Notes: a model not told the origin generated them from the sequence alone. A stretch of 64,000 nt of DNA from Dehalococcoidia bacterium (GCA_965116945.1 OZ220734.1:1906709-1970708); one strand, 5' to 3'; numbered from the stretch's first letter, positions 38,884 through 48,707 are shown. Numbers and translations are program-made.

Positions 38884-39726
38884 GTGCCCAAGGCAATAGA
38901 CTTTCACATCCATCCACCCAAGGAGCCCGGTAAACCCCTTACACGCTTCCATTCCGCCATGGCGACATATTTCAAGTCTCCCCCTGAACTCACCCTCGAA
39001 GAACTTGCCGCCAAGTACAAGGAACTCGATTACATGGCCGTTGTCCTGGCCAATGACGACCGCACTGCGCAGGGCGACGAATGGGACAGCAACGATTGGG
39101 TCTCTTCCATCTCTAAACGCTACCCCGACACCTTCATTGGATTCGGCTCTGTAGACCCATGGATGGGCAAACTTGCAGTCAAGGAAGTCGAGAGAGCTCA
39201 TAAAGAACTGGGTTTAAAGGGCATCAAGTTCATCCCGATGACCCAGGAGTTCTACCCCAACGAGCGCCGCTTCTACCCGATCTACGAAAAGATCGCTGAG
39301 TTGGGTATGATCGCCATGTTCCACACAGGAACCACGGGAGTCGGGGCGGGGCTGCCGGGGGGTGGGGGTGTTCATTTAAAATACACCAAGCCCATTCCCT
39401 ACATCGATGACGTGGCAGCCGACATCCCGGAACTGACCATCGTCATGGCCCACCAGGCCTTCCCGTGGGTCGAGGAGCAGCTTGCGGTACTGGTACACAA
39501 ACCCAACGTCTACATGGACATCTCAGGCTGGTCGCCGAAATACTTCAACCCATTGCTCATCCAGTACGCCAGTACTCTGATTAAGCACAAGGTGCTGTTC
39601 GGGTCCGATTACCCGGCCCTGACGCCCGAGCGATGGGTCAAGGACTTCGAGGGCGCACCGTTTTGGGATGAAGCCCGACCCCTGATCATGCTGGAAAATG
39701 CCAAGCGCATCCTTGGAATGACCTAG
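38884..39726 (+). CDS. amidohydrolase-2 family TIM-barrel hydrolase
   Basis: GTG start after AGGAG; (M)PKAIDFHIHPP...FGSDYP metal-dependent hydrolase motifs. Confidence 0.75.
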   Translation: MPKAIDFHIHPPKEPGKPLTRFHSAMATYFKSPPELTLEELAAKYKELDYMAVVLANDDRTAQGDEWDSNDWVSSISKRYPDTFIGFGSVDPWMGKLAVKEVERAHKELGLKGIKFIPMTQEFYPNERRFYPIYEKIAELGMIAMFHTGTTGVGAGLPGGGGVHLKYTKPIPYIDDVAADIPELTIVMAHQAFPWVEEQLAVLVHKPNVYMDISGWSPKYFNPLLIQYASTLIKHKVLFGSDYPALTPERWVKDFEGAPFWDEARPLIMLENAKRILGMT

Positions 39727-39747
39727 GACCGAACAAGGGAGATACCC

Positions 39748-40188
39748 GTGAGCAATGTACCCTCAGTTGGCGATCCCGAGGCCGTAGCCCTATTGGAAAG
39801 AATCTTCGCCTGCTTCAACAGCCATGACCCCGCTAAGTTCCGCGCCTTCTGCTCGGACGATTTTGAATTCCACGATGCTTCCCGCGCCGACACCGACAAG
39901 GGGCGAGACATGTTTATCGGCGCCCTGGAGAAGTGGTGAGGTGCATTCCCGGACTCCAGGATCACGGGTAAGATGATCATCGCCTCGGGGAACTGGGCTG
40001 CAGCCGAAGCTACGGTCACGGGCACACACCTGGGAGATTTCAATGGCATCCCCGGCACGGGCAAGAAGGTCGGGTGGACGTTCATGGAGATCGCCGAGTT
40101 CAAGGGCGGTAAGCTCAAAGCACTCAGGGCGTACCGGGACAACGTGAATATATACAAGCAGATCGGTGCGCTGCCTCTAAACTTGTAG
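39748..40188 (+). CDS. SnoaL-like (NTF2-fold ester cyclase) protein interrupted by an in-frame TGA at 39937..39939 (Sec-recoding candidate or pseudogene)
   Basis: Track ORFs 39748..39939 and 39973..40188 are in the same frame and together form one SnoaL-like domain (…ALEKW-TGA-GAFPDSRITGKMIIASGNWAAAEATVTGTHLGDFNGIPGTGKK…). Candidate stem-loops lie 9-30 nt downstream of the TGA. Confidence 0.45.
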
Positions 40189-40258
40189 GGCTAAAACGTA
40201 CACTCAACACTGGTTCGCGGCATTGGACATCGGTCTCGCTTGGATATAGGGTGAGCTA

Positions 40259-41101
40259 ATGTCGGTTTCAGCGGCTGGCAAAATGCCCAAATCCTCCGGT
40301 GTGCGGGCAAAGAAATCCCTGGGCCAGCACTTCCTTAAGGATCGAAGGATAGCCCAGAAGATTGTGGAGTACGCTTACCCGCGCCCCGACGATGTCGTGG
40401 TCGAGGTCGGCCCAGGGACCGGAGCTCTTACTCGGCTGCTGGCGAAGCGTTGCGACACTGTGATTGCCGTCGAAATTGACTCCCGACTCTCCGACCTGCT
40501 TAGGGAAGACCTCTCCGATTACTCCCAGGTCCATATCATCACCGAAGATGTGCGTGAATTGTCCCCCGGAGATCTACTAAAGGACTACTGCGCAGTGACT
40601 CCCGCAGAGCATTGCTGCTACAAGGTCGTCGGAAACTTACCCTATTTCGTTGCCTCACCCATCATCCGGCATTTCCTGGAATCCGACTTCAAGCCCACGA
40701 GAATGGTTGTCATGGTGCAGAAGGAAGTGGCGGAGAATATGGTTGCCCGACCTGGAAGGTTGAGTCTCCTGAGCCTTGCCGTTCAAATATATGGGGAGCC
40801 GAGCATCGTAGTTCGGGTCCCGGCATCCAAGTTTCACCCCAGACCGAAAGTCGACTCCGCGGTAGTCGCTATCGACGTATATCCCGAACCCCTGGTCTCT
40901 GACCCTGCCCGTTTCTTTAATTTGGCGAGGGCCGGCTTCCGAGCCCCCAGGAAGCAGCTCCATAATTCGTTGCTGCAGGGGCTCGATGTGGAAACCGATG
41001 TTGTGGCGTCGGCGCTGGAGCTGGTCGGGATAGACGGGCGTCGCAGGCCCTCTACCCTTTCCATTGAAGAGTGGGACAAACTCTCTGAGGTGCTGGCTTG
41101 A
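40259..41101 (+). CDS. rsmA: 16S rRNA (adenine1518-N6/adenine1519-N6)-dimethyltransferase
   Basis: LGQHFLKDRRIAQKIVEYA...VVEVGPGTGALT. Confidence 0.9.
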   Translation: MSVSAAGKMPKSSGVRAKKSLGQHFLKDRRIAQKIVEYAYPRPDDVVVEVGPGTGALTRLLAKRCDTVIAVEIDSRLSDLLREDLSDYSQVHIITEDVRELSPGDLLKDYCAVTPAEHCCYKVVGNLPYFVASPIIRHFLESDFKPTRMVVMVQKEVAENMVARPGRLSLLSLAVQIYGEPSIVVRVPASKFHPRPKVDSAVVAIDVYPEPLVSDPARFFNLARAGFRAPRKQLHNSLLQGLDVETDVVASALELVGIDGRRRPSTLSIEEWDKLSEVLA

Positions 41102-41988
41102 CTGGCAACCCAGTCCTTACCATCAAGACCCCCGCCAAGGTCAATCTCACCCTGGAAGTCCGGGGCAGACGTGCTGATGAGTACCACGAGGTCTCCTCGG
41201 TTATGCAGACCGTCAACCTCTTCGATACTTTGACGTTTTCCACCTCCGAGGAGGTGTGGTTGGAAACCGATTTCTTCGGGCTCGATACCCGGGATAACCT
41301 TGTCTATCGTGCTGCCGACCTCCTGAAGGAGAAAACGGGGGTTAACAAGGGGGCGCTGATCAGACTTTGCAAGGGCATCCCTGTCGCGGCTGGGCTGGGG
41401 GGAGGCAGCAGCGATGCGGCCGCTGCCCTCTTGGGTCTGAACAGGTTGTGGGGCTTGCAACTCGCGGAAGAAGATTTAGGTAAGTTGGCGGCCCAACTGG
41501 GATCGGATGTCCCATTTTTCCTGAGCGGGGGCACGGCACTGGCGGAGGGGCGGGGAGAGCAGATCACAACACTGCCCACCCTCCCTACCTCCTGGCTGGT
41601 TCTTTCGTTCCGTTCACACGGCCACGATAACAAGACTGCCGCCGCGTACCAGGCCCTTTCCCCTGGCGACTATTCAGATGGAGGCCATACCACTCGCCTG
41701 GTGAGCCGTATCAGGAATGGTCTTCAGTTGAATGATAGCTATCTTTTCAATTCCTTTGACGGAGTAGCCACCTCCCTGTTCCCGGGGATCGAAGAAGATT
41801 GGACGGCGTTGGGGGAGAGAAGCGGTGGGCCTGTACATCTCTCGGGGGCCGGCCCGACCCTGCTGTGCCTGGTGGATGGCGTCGGGGAAGGCGAAAGAGT
41901 GGTTGATGAGTGTACGAGACAAGGCCTGGATTGCAGGCTGGTCAGGACTCTTGCCCCGGGCGAGGGGCCCAGGTTCACCCTTGATTAA
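41098..41988 (+). CDS. ispE: 4-diphosphocytidyl-2-C-methyl-D-erythritol kinase
   Basis: PAKVNLTLEV...IPVAAGLGGGSSDAAAAL GHMP kinase motif. The TTG start overlaps the rsmA stop. Confidence 0.9.
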   Translation: MTGNPVLTIKTPAKVNLTLEVRGRRADEYHEVSSVMQTVNLFDTLTFSTSEEVWLETDFFGLDTRDNLVYRAADLLKEKTGVNKGALIRLCKGIPVAAGLGGGSSDAAAALLGLNRLWGLQLAEEDLGKLAAQLGSDVPFFLSGGTALAEGRGEQITTLPTLPTSWLVLSFRSHGHDNKTAAAYQALSPGDYSDGGHTTRLVSRIRNGLQLNDSYLFNSFDGVATSLFPGIEEDWTALGERSGGPVHLSGAGPTLLCLVDGVGEGERVVDECTRQGLDCRLVRTLAPGEGPRFTLD

Positions 41989-42005
41989 CGAGGCTGCTTA
42001 GTCCA

Positions 42006-42419
42006 TTGGCTCTATTGATAGGCACTGCATGCGGTTTCTTTATGGGCTCCCTCTTCACCATGCTATGGGCCATTAACATAACGAAACCCGGAAGAAGCCC
42101 GAGCAGCTTATTCTCCTACCTGGACCGAGTACCGGGAACCATTCCGGCAGCCGCACTACTACCTCTCGTTATCATGGGGGCGTGGGGTTTTCTGGGCGGT
42201 ATGATCGGTGCGCTGTATATCGGGGCGGAAGCCCTGGCGCCGGGGTCCGGGCTGGGTAGCGAAAACATGGTGTTTGCTATTGCGATCTCCGCATTTACCC
42301 TAAACGCTTTGGTTCTTGGAGCTTTCTGGGTGCGCAAATGGTTCTGGCGAGACGGCTACCTGTTGGGCTTGGCTTTTGCCGGAATGTTCGGCTGGCTGAT
42401 GCCGATCTTGTTGTCGTAA
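42006..42419 (+). CDS. hypothetical membrane protein
   Basis: 137 aa with four predicted TM segments; no family call. Confidence 0.45.
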   Translation: MALLIGTACGFFMGSLFTMLWAINITKPGRSPSSLFSYLDRVPGTIPAAALLPLVIMGAWGFLGGMIGALYIGAEALAPGSGLGSENMVFAIAISAFTLNALVLGAFWVRKWFWRDGYLLGLAFAGMFGWLMPILLS

Positions 42420-42510
42420 GTCACTCCAACTGGTAGAATTGCACTGCTTTGTTCGATTATTCACAGGTCTCATTCCTTTTGAGACGCAGTTGCAGTAAAA
42501 GGCCCAAGTA

Positions 42511-43188
42511 GTGCTCATTGATCTTCATTCCCATACCATGGTTGGAGGGAGCGATAGCAGCATCTCCCCAGAAGATCTGGTAATCGAAGCAAAGAAGCAG
42601 GGACTTGATGGGATCTGCTTCACGGAGCACGGGGCAAACTGGGAGTGGGCCCGATTCAAGGAGTTTGCGGCCTCACAGGACATTGTGGTGCTCCACGCCT
42701 TGGAGGTGGACACGGACGTTGGACACGTCGGCTCCTTCGGACTTCACCACTACGTGAGCGGGATGCACAAGGTCGCCCGACTGAGGGAGGTCATCACCGA
42801 GGTTGGCGGCTTCATGGTGTCCATGCACCCGTTTCGCCGGTTTTTTGACCACAGAGGTAGCCTTCTTTGGCCCAACGGCTCCAAGCCCGAGACGATAGAA
42901 GAGGCAGCCCAGCATCGCGTTTTCCAGTACGTGGATGCTATCGAAGCCCTAAACGGCGGCAATAACGACACCGAGAATCACACTGCCTACAAAGTTGCCC
43001 AAATACTTGGCAAACCATGCACCGCGGGCAGCGACGCACATTCTCATCACGGTGTGGGTTGCAATGTTACCGTCTTTGAAAGGGACGTTTACACCGACGA
43101 AGACCTCGTGGCTGAGCTCAGGTCTGGGAGGTTCCGCCCGGCTACGGGGCTTAGGAAGGGCGCCCTTTCCCTGTACAACCCTGACTAG
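42511..43188 (+). CDS. PHP-domain metal-dependent phosphoesterase
   Basis: MLIDLHSHTMVGGSD...GICFTEHG PHP His motifs. Confidence 0.75.
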   Translation: MLIDLHSHTMVGGSDSSISPEDLVIEAKKQGLDGICFTEHGANWEWARFKEFAASQDIVVLHALEVDTDVGHVGSFGLHHYVSGMHKVARLREVITEVGGFMVSMHPFRRFFDHRGSLLWPNGSKPETIEEAAQHRVFQYVDAIEALNGGNNDTENHTAYKVAQILGKPCTAGSDAHSHHGVGCNVTVFERDVYTDEDLVAELRSGRFRPATGLRKGALSLYNPD

Positions 43189-43248
43189 CTCCGCCTTGTG
43201 ATTAAGACTCGTGGTTGGGGGTTCGCGTAGGGCAATTGATACCCACCC

Positions 43249-44097
43249 ATGCTAATTCCTATTGAACAGCCCTTTAACCTTACCCACACCCTTGAATGCG
43301 GCCAGGCCTTCCGGTGGAGACGGGAGGGGGACTGGTATTACGGGGTCATCTACGGCAACATCCTCAAAATCCGGCAGACGCTGCTCGGGGTTGAATTCCA
43401 AAGCTATCCTTTGCCGGAAGAGCAGATCGTAAACCGTCTCATCTACTACCTCAGGCTTGATGACGACCTGCCGGACGTCTACTCCAAGATCGGCAAGGAC
43501 GACCGTATGCGACGGGCCATTACCCAGTTTTATGGTCTCCGCTTGCTAAGGCAGGAGCCATGGGAGTGCCTTGCATCATTCATCTGCTCAATCTCATCCA
43601 ACATACCCAGGATTAGCGAGTGTATAGAGTCCCTTTGCCGAAGGATGGGAGACCCATTAGAGATGGACGGACACGTCCGCTACTCCTTCCCCAGTCCCGA
43701 GAGAGTGATGGAACTTGGGGAAACGGGACTGCGGCTCATCGGTTGGGGATTCAGAGCCCCCTACCTGGCTGGCACCGCAGACCTCATTGGCAGGGGTGTA
43801 TATGACCTTGACGGTCTCAAAGAGCTCACCTATGACGATGCCAAGAAGGATCTGATGTCGCTGCACGGAGTCGGCGATAAGGTGGCGGATTGCGTGCTGC
43901 TGTTTTCCCTGGAAAAACTGGATTCCTTTCCAATAGATAGATGGGTGAGGAGAGCAGTCGAAGAGTGGTATGCAGTCGGAGAGAATCCGTCCTACGATGC
44001 CATCCGCACCTGGGCATTGGACTACTTCGGCGGTCATGCCGGCTATGCCCAGCAGTACCTCTTCCACCGCCGACGACTCGAGAAGTCAACCAGCTAG
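43249..44097 (+). CDS. ogg: 8-oxoguanine DNA glycosylase / HhH-GPD family N-glycosylase-lyase
   Basis: ECGQAFRW N-terminal motif and the HhH-GPD region LHGVGDKVADCVLLF. Confidence 0.8.
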   Translation: MLIPIEQPFNLTHTLECGQAFRWRREGDWYYGVIYGNILKIRQTLLGVEFQSYPLPEEQIVNRLIYYLRLDDDLPDVYSKIGKDDRMRRAITQFYGLRLLRQEPWECLASFICSISSNIPRISECIESLCRRMGDPLEMDGHVRYSFPSPERVMELGETGLRLIGWGFRAPYLAGTADLIGRGVYDLDGLKELTYDDAKKDLMSLHGVGDKVADCVLLFSLEKLDSFPIDRWVRRAVEEWYAVGENPSYDAIRTWALDYFGGHAGYAQQYLFHRRRLEKSTS

Positions 44098-45338
44098 GTC
44101 GCAGCTTCCTCCAGCCACTTCTTCACCAGGTTGGCCTCCTCCTCCCTGGACCCGACTACACCGTCGAGTCGGGCTTTGAGCAACCGATCCAGATTTTCCC
44201 CCACCCTTGGCCCCCGCGGCACTCCGATGGAAATCAGGTCCTTGCCACTGAGGTCGGGCCGGACACCCGACAGCCCATTGAGATAGTCGGACACCCGACT
44301 TCTCACAATCCCGCGTTGTGCAGCTACTCCAAAGGCCTGAATTGACAGCCTGCCGCACCCTTTGAAGTAACCGTAAACTTCGCTAGGCCTGAGTCTCGGC
44401 TCTGCTAACTCCGTCTCCCTGTCTCTCAGGTCAAGCATACCAAGGACAGTCTGAATCCAGTCTTTTGGGAAGCGGAAACGTTTCAGGAAGCTATGGGCTC
44501 TCTGTTTTTCTGTGGCATGAAGCAGCAGGGATAGGTAGATCGTGGAATCGACGTTCTCCAAGTCTCGGCGGGCGGATGCGAAGAGTGTGGACAACCCATC
44601 CCCGAGTCTTAGCTCCGGCTCTATAACGTCGACTACGCCTAATGCCACCGCCCGACCGAACTGAAGCTCAGGCTCGCGCTCCAGGAGAAAGAGTTCAATC
44701 TCCCGTCGCAAACGGTCTACCCCGACGGCAGGCAAGAGGTGGAGGTCACGGGCAATGAGTTCGAGTGTCTCCGGCTCAATTTCAAATCCCAGCCTCTGCT
44801 CGTATCGTATGGCCCGCATTATTCGCGTTGGGTCGTCTACGAAACTTCCCTCGTGCAAAACCCTGATCAACCCGTTACTCAGGTCCTCCCGACCCCCGAA
44901 TTGGTCCAACAAGCTGCCAGCGTTGGGAGGGCTTAGCGGAATAGCCATAGCGTTGACAGTGAAATCTCTCCGTTTCAGGTCTTCCTCTATTGGTCCAGGT
45001 CGGACGTCGGGCAGTACGCCTGGCCGTGAGTAGTCCTCTGCTCGGGAGGTGGCCAAATCGACGGCTAAGTCGTCGTGGCGGTACGTTGCGGTCCCGAACC
45101 TTGGATGCACAACTGCTTCCCCGCCCTGGTCAACCGCCAAAGCTCTGACAAGTTCCAGCGCATCACCCTCGACCACCAGGTCAAAGTCAGCCCCGCCCTT
45201 ATCCAGCAGCAGGTCTCTGACTCTGCCGCCAACAAGAAATAGGGGAGTCCGTCGTGCCTCGGCCAGCTCCCCCAGCCGACGCACCAATGCCCAGAGTCTC
45301 GGGCTGGTCTGCTCTTCTAATATCTTCAGGTAGTCCAT
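44094..45338 (-). CDS. cca: CCA-adding tRNA nucleotidyltransferase
   Basis: LFLVGGRVRDLLLDKGGADFDLVVEGD PolyA_pol head domain. Confidence 0.85.
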   Translation of the reverse strand: MDYLKILEEQTSPRLWALVRRLGELAEARRTPLFLVGGRVRDLLLDKGGADFDLVVEGDALELVRALAVDQGGEAVVHPRFGTATYRHDDLAVDLATSRAEDYSRPGVLPDVRPGPIEEDLKRRDFTVNAMAIPLSPPNAGSLLDQFGGREDLSNGLIRVLHEGSFVDDPTRIMRAIRYEQRLGFEIEPETLELIARDLHLLPAVGVDRLRREIELFLLEREPELQFGRAVALGVVDVIEPELRLGDGLSTLFASARRDLENVDSTIYLSLLLHATEKQRAHSFLKRFRFPKDWIQTVLGMLDLRDRETELAEPRLRPSEVYGYFKGCGRLSIQAFGVAAQRGIVRSRVSDYLNGLSGVRPDLSGKDLISIGVPRGPRVGENLDRLLKARLDGVVGSREEEANLVKKWLEEAAT

Positions 45339-45409
45339 TGGGTGCTCTTTATTATAGGGTGGGCCGGGTGTTAGAATTGACCCAGTTTGAAATTGAAAGG
45401 CGGGGCGAT

Positions 45410-46030
45410 ATGAGTGACAAGATTAACCTGACGGTTTTCTACGACTACCTTTGACCCTACGTACGGGTTGCAGCAGTTTGGCTGCGAGACGTAAAGGAAG
45501 CCTACGGAGACGACCTCGATATCACTTGGAAGAACTTCCCACTGGAGCAGGTGAACTCCAAGGAAGGCCCCGACTGGAAGCTCTGGGAACAGGGTGAGTC
45601 CTTTCCTAGCCGCGGGCTCCTGGCCCTCAGGGCCGGAGAAGCCGCCAAAAAGCAGGGCCCCGAGAAGTTTCAGGAATTCCATGTTGCCCTCCTCAACGCC
45701 CGTCACATGCAGCGCAAGGCCATCGACAAGCTGGAGATTCTGACTGAGGTGGCCAGGGAGTCCGGACTGGATGTCGACAGGTTCCTCGAAGACATAAACG
45801 ACCCCGAAGCCCTGAAGACCATAGCCGCCGACTATGAAGAGGCCACCTCCAAGTATGGCGTTTTCGGAGTGCCGACTATGTTCACGGAGTCAGGGGCGTC
45901 GGCCTTCGTCAAGATGATGCCTCCCCCCGAGGCGGACAAGGCTAGGGGCATTTTCGAAAACGTCCTGGGGCTGGTTGACGGAGCGCCCAACCTTCAGGAG
46001 ATCAAGCGTCCCACTCCTCCCGAGGAATAG
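45410..46030 (+). CDS. DsbA-like thioredoxin-fold protein with in-frame UGA at the CxxC position (putative selenoprotein)
   Basis: ATG at 45410 after GAAAGG. MSDKINLTVFYDYL-TGA(45452..45454)-PYVRVAAVWL continues in frame into track ORF 45551..46030. The UGA aligns with the first Cys of the DsbA/FrnE motif (FYDYL-U-PYV against WSDVV-C-PWC); the second Cys is Val here. Confidence 0.6.
45459..45492 (+). other. SECIS-like stem-loop immediately downstream of the DsbA-like UGA
   Basis: ACGT-acggg-TTGCAGC-AGTTTG-GCTGCGA-g-ACGT. The upper-stem sequence GGTTGCAG starts 12 nt after the UGA, the same position and sequence as the E. coli fdhF SECIS (GGUUGCAGG). The apical loop is AGUUUG. Confidence 0.55.
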
Positions 46031-46049
46031 GTAGGCTCTCCTTTCCACA

Positions 46050-46748
46050 ATGCCATTTGATATAGATTGTGAGCGCCTTATCGGCGTGAATTTCACCGAT
46101 AAGGCGCTCTTAACCCAGTCCATTACCCACACTTCCTATTCCCACGAACACCCTGAGGAATCCACGGATTCTTACGAGAGGCTGGAGTTCTTGGGTGATG
46201 CGGTTCTTGGCTTGGTTATTGCAGAAGATGTGTATGGCCATGCCGACCAGCTTAGTGCCGGAGAGATGACTACCCTTCGGGCGCAGCTAGTGTCTACCAA
46301 CTCCCTTGCTCAAGCTGCCCTGAACATGGGATTGGACAACTTTCTGCGGCTGGGTAGGGGAGAGGAGATGTCGGGGGGCAGGGCCAAGCCTAGAAACTTG
46401 GCCGGTTGCCTTGAAGCGGTGATTGGCGCTATTTGGCTGGACGCCGGGATGGAAGCCGCCCGAAATTTCATCGTGACCTCCCTCAAATCCGCTTTGGGAG
46501 AAGTCAACAAGCCTCTGGATGACTCAGACTACAAGTCCCGGCTCCAGGAGCTGACCCAGGCGACGCTTCAATCCCAACCGAGATATGAAACGGTTGAACA
46601 GATATCAAATACGGCTACCCCATTTTTCGCCTCCAAGGTCATAGTCGCGGGAAAGGCACTAGGTCACGGTACAGGGTCTTCCAAGAAAGAGGCCCAACGG
46701 GAGGCTGCCCGCAACGCCCTGGAGAAATTCTCCAAGACCCAATCCTGA
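46050..46748 (+). CDS. rnc: ribonuclease III
   Basis: ERLEFLGDAVLGL signature and a C-terminal dsRBD. Confidence 0.9.
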   Translation: MPFDIDCERLIGVNFTDKALLTQSITHTSYSHEHPEESTDSYERLEFLGDAVLGLVIAEDVYGHADQLSAGEMTTLRAQLVSTNSLAQAALNMGLDNFLRLGRGEEMSGGRAKPRNLAGCLEAVIGAIWLDAGMEAARNFIVTSLKSALGEVNKPLDDSDYKSRLQELTQATLQSQPRYETVEQISNTATPFFASKVIVAGKALGHGTGSSKKEAQREAARNALEKFSKTQS

Positions 46749-46755
46749 ACCGTGT

Positions 46756-47397
46756 TTACCAGGCGGTCTCTTCCGTCCTGATCGTCGCCTCCATCAGCCT
46801 GGCGACGGCCTGCTCGTTATCCCCTGCTCGGGCTCTTAGTTCGTTCAAGGCCCTTTGCCGTAGGTGTGCTGGCCTGTTCTGCCCCATCTTCCACTTACCC
46901 TCCACCCGAGCGATCTTGATCCTGAAAGCAGTCACGCCCCGAATCATTTTCCTGTTATAGGAATTTGTGAAATCTGTTGTCCACGGTTGGGACTCGAAGG
47001 ACTCATAGTAGTCCACTATCCGGTTGACTATATCCACCGTTTCCGTCTTGTCGCGTACGACTTCGAATGTGCCGTAGGCGTGAACGACGGCGTAGTTCCA
47101 GGTGGGCACCACGTCTTCCTCCTGGTACCACGTGGGCGACACGTAGGCGTGTGGCCCGTGGAAGACAATCAGCACTTCATGTCCGTCGGCGTGCTTCCAC
47201 TGGTCGTTGGCTTTCGCCATGTGCCCGATAATCGAATCCTGTCCTCCATCGTCTTCCTCCAGCACGAAAGGTAGATGCGTGGCCGTAGGCCCGGGTCCCT
47301 GGTGAGAGAACAGGATGCCGAATCCGTTATCCCGGATGAAATCGTATATACGCTTTTTGTCATTTACGGCGTACAGATCGGGCACATACATACTCAA
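46756..47397 (-). CDS. paiB: FMN-binding negative transcriptional regulator PaiB family
   Basis: MSMYVPDLYAVNDKKRIYDFIRDNGFGILFS... split-barrel FMN-binding fold. Confidence 0.75.
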   Translation of the reverse strand: MSMYVPDLYAVNDKKRIYDFIRDNGFGILFSHQGPGPTATHLPFVLEEDDGGQDSIIGHMAKANDQWKHADGHEVLIVFHGPHAYVSPTWYQEEDVVPTWNYAVVHAYGTFEVVRDKTETVDIVNRIVDYYESFESQPWTTDFTNSYNRKMIRGVTAFRIKIARVEGKWKMGQNRPAHLRQRALNELRARAGDNEQAVARLMEATIRTEETAW

Positions 47398-47418
47398 TTT
47401 CCCCCTGTGGAGAGGATC

Positions 47419-48543
47419 CTAGGTCCGGGCCCCGGCGCCCGGTGAGAAGCGTGCTATCCCAGCCAGTACTTCCGAGGCATGACTCACCAGGTCTTCAACA
47501 ATCCTGCCCGCCGGCCTCCGCTCCGCAATCAACCCCCCAACCTGTCCCCCAGAATTCAGCTCCAACTCTTCCAAATGCCCTTCGGAAACCCCGGCCTCCA
47601 TATCCTCAATCAGCATTCCTTGTAAGGGCATAGGCAGTGCCTCCAGACCCGACTCTGCCCACTCCTTCACCAGGGTGTTGTTGAAATAGCGGGCAGTCTT
47701 GCCAGAGCTAAGGCGGCTGATAACCCAGTCCTCGGACCTGCCATCCGCTATGCGGCGCTTGTGAATGTCGGGGACGGCGGCCTCATCAGAGCAAAGGAAC
47801 AATGTGCCGCACCAGACCCCCTGCGCCCCGAGTGACAGCGCTGCCGCTACCCCCCTCCCATCCCCGATTCCCCCTGCAGCGACCACGGGAATAGGGGATA
47901 TGGCATCGACCACCTGCGGCACCAACACCATCGTGGCGATTCGGCCTGTATGGCCTCCGGCCTCGTTGCCCTGTGCTACAACCACGTCGACACCCGCTTC
48001 AACATGCCGGCGCGCATGTCTCGGACTGCCCGCCATTCCTATGACCTTTATGCCGAGCCTGTGAGCGTCTTCGGTCATCCACCCTGGAGGCCCCAGCGCC
48101 GACACGAATACGGGAACCTCCTCTTCCAGTATTACTTCCACCTGGCGCCTGATGAAGGCTGGGTTGTATGCGAAGGACTTGCCAGCCTGGGCCTCGGGGA
48201 TTGAGTGTCGCTGGATGGCTCCCTTGACCCACGCCACATGCTCCGGGTAGTCCACCGGGAGACTGGCTTTTACCTCGGTACGGTTGTCGTCAACGTCTGC
48301 CATTGTCACGGGCAACTGCAGGTCCACGCCGAATGGATTGTTTGTGTTGTCTCGTATCCAGCGGATCTTCTCCCGGATGTCCTCGGGCTCCCACCCCGAA
48401 GCCCCAAGCACACCCAGCCCTCCAGCGTTCGATACTGCCGCGGCCAACTCCGGTGATCCACCGGGCACCATGCCTGCCTGGAGTATGGGGTACTTGATGC
48501 CCAGCAGGTCACATAAGGGAGTCCGGAGTGTATTGTCGGACAT
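47419..48543 (-). CDS. nitronate monooxygenase / NMO-family FMN oxidoreductase
   Basis: MSDNTLRTPLCDLLGIKYPILQAGM...GGIGDGRGVAAALSLGAQGVWCGT. The start is set at ATG 48543, preceded by GAGGAGAAC; the track ORF has a 50-aa spurious extension. Confidence 0.8.
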   Translation of the reverse strand: MSDNTLRTPLCDLLGIKYPILQAGMVPGGSPELAAAVSNAGGLGVLGASGWEPEDIREKIRWIRDNTNNPFGVDLQLPVTMADVDDNRTEVKASLPVDYPEHVAWVKGAIQRHSIPEAQAGKSFAYNPAFIRRQVEVILEEEVPVFVSALGPPGWMTEDAHRLGIKVIGMAGSPRHARRHVEAGVDVVVAQGNEAGGHTGRIATMVLVPQVVDAISPIPVVAAGGIGDGRGVAAALSLGAQGVWCGTLFLCSDEAAVPDIHKRRIADGRSEDWVISRLSSGKTARYFNNTLVKEWAESGLEALPMPLQGMLIEDMEAGVSEGHLEELELNSGGQVGGLIAERRPAGRIVEDLVSHASEVLAGIARFSPGAGART

Positions 48544-48707
48544 AATGTTCTCCTCAGGAGAAAGGTTGAAACTGAGAAAAGGATATGAACGTGGCAATGG
48601 GGTGTCAATGCGGAAGCGTGGCGAGGCGTGTTCGGTTAGGTACTGTTTGCAAGCGATATAATTGACCTTGAATTTGACCCATAGCGACACCAAATAAGGA
48701 CGCGGCT

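Noticed and set aside
38634-39201. Minus-strand ORFs of 85-181 aa between the PIN/TRAM gene and the amidohydrolase
   Set aside because: They overlap the SRP RNA gene, which explains the region.
39937-45454. Idea that the in-frame TGAs reflect a genome-wide alternative genetic code (code 4 or 25)
   Set aside because: Many confidently called genes here terminate with TGA (e.g. livM, rsmA), and those lineages are low-GC, unlike this sequence.
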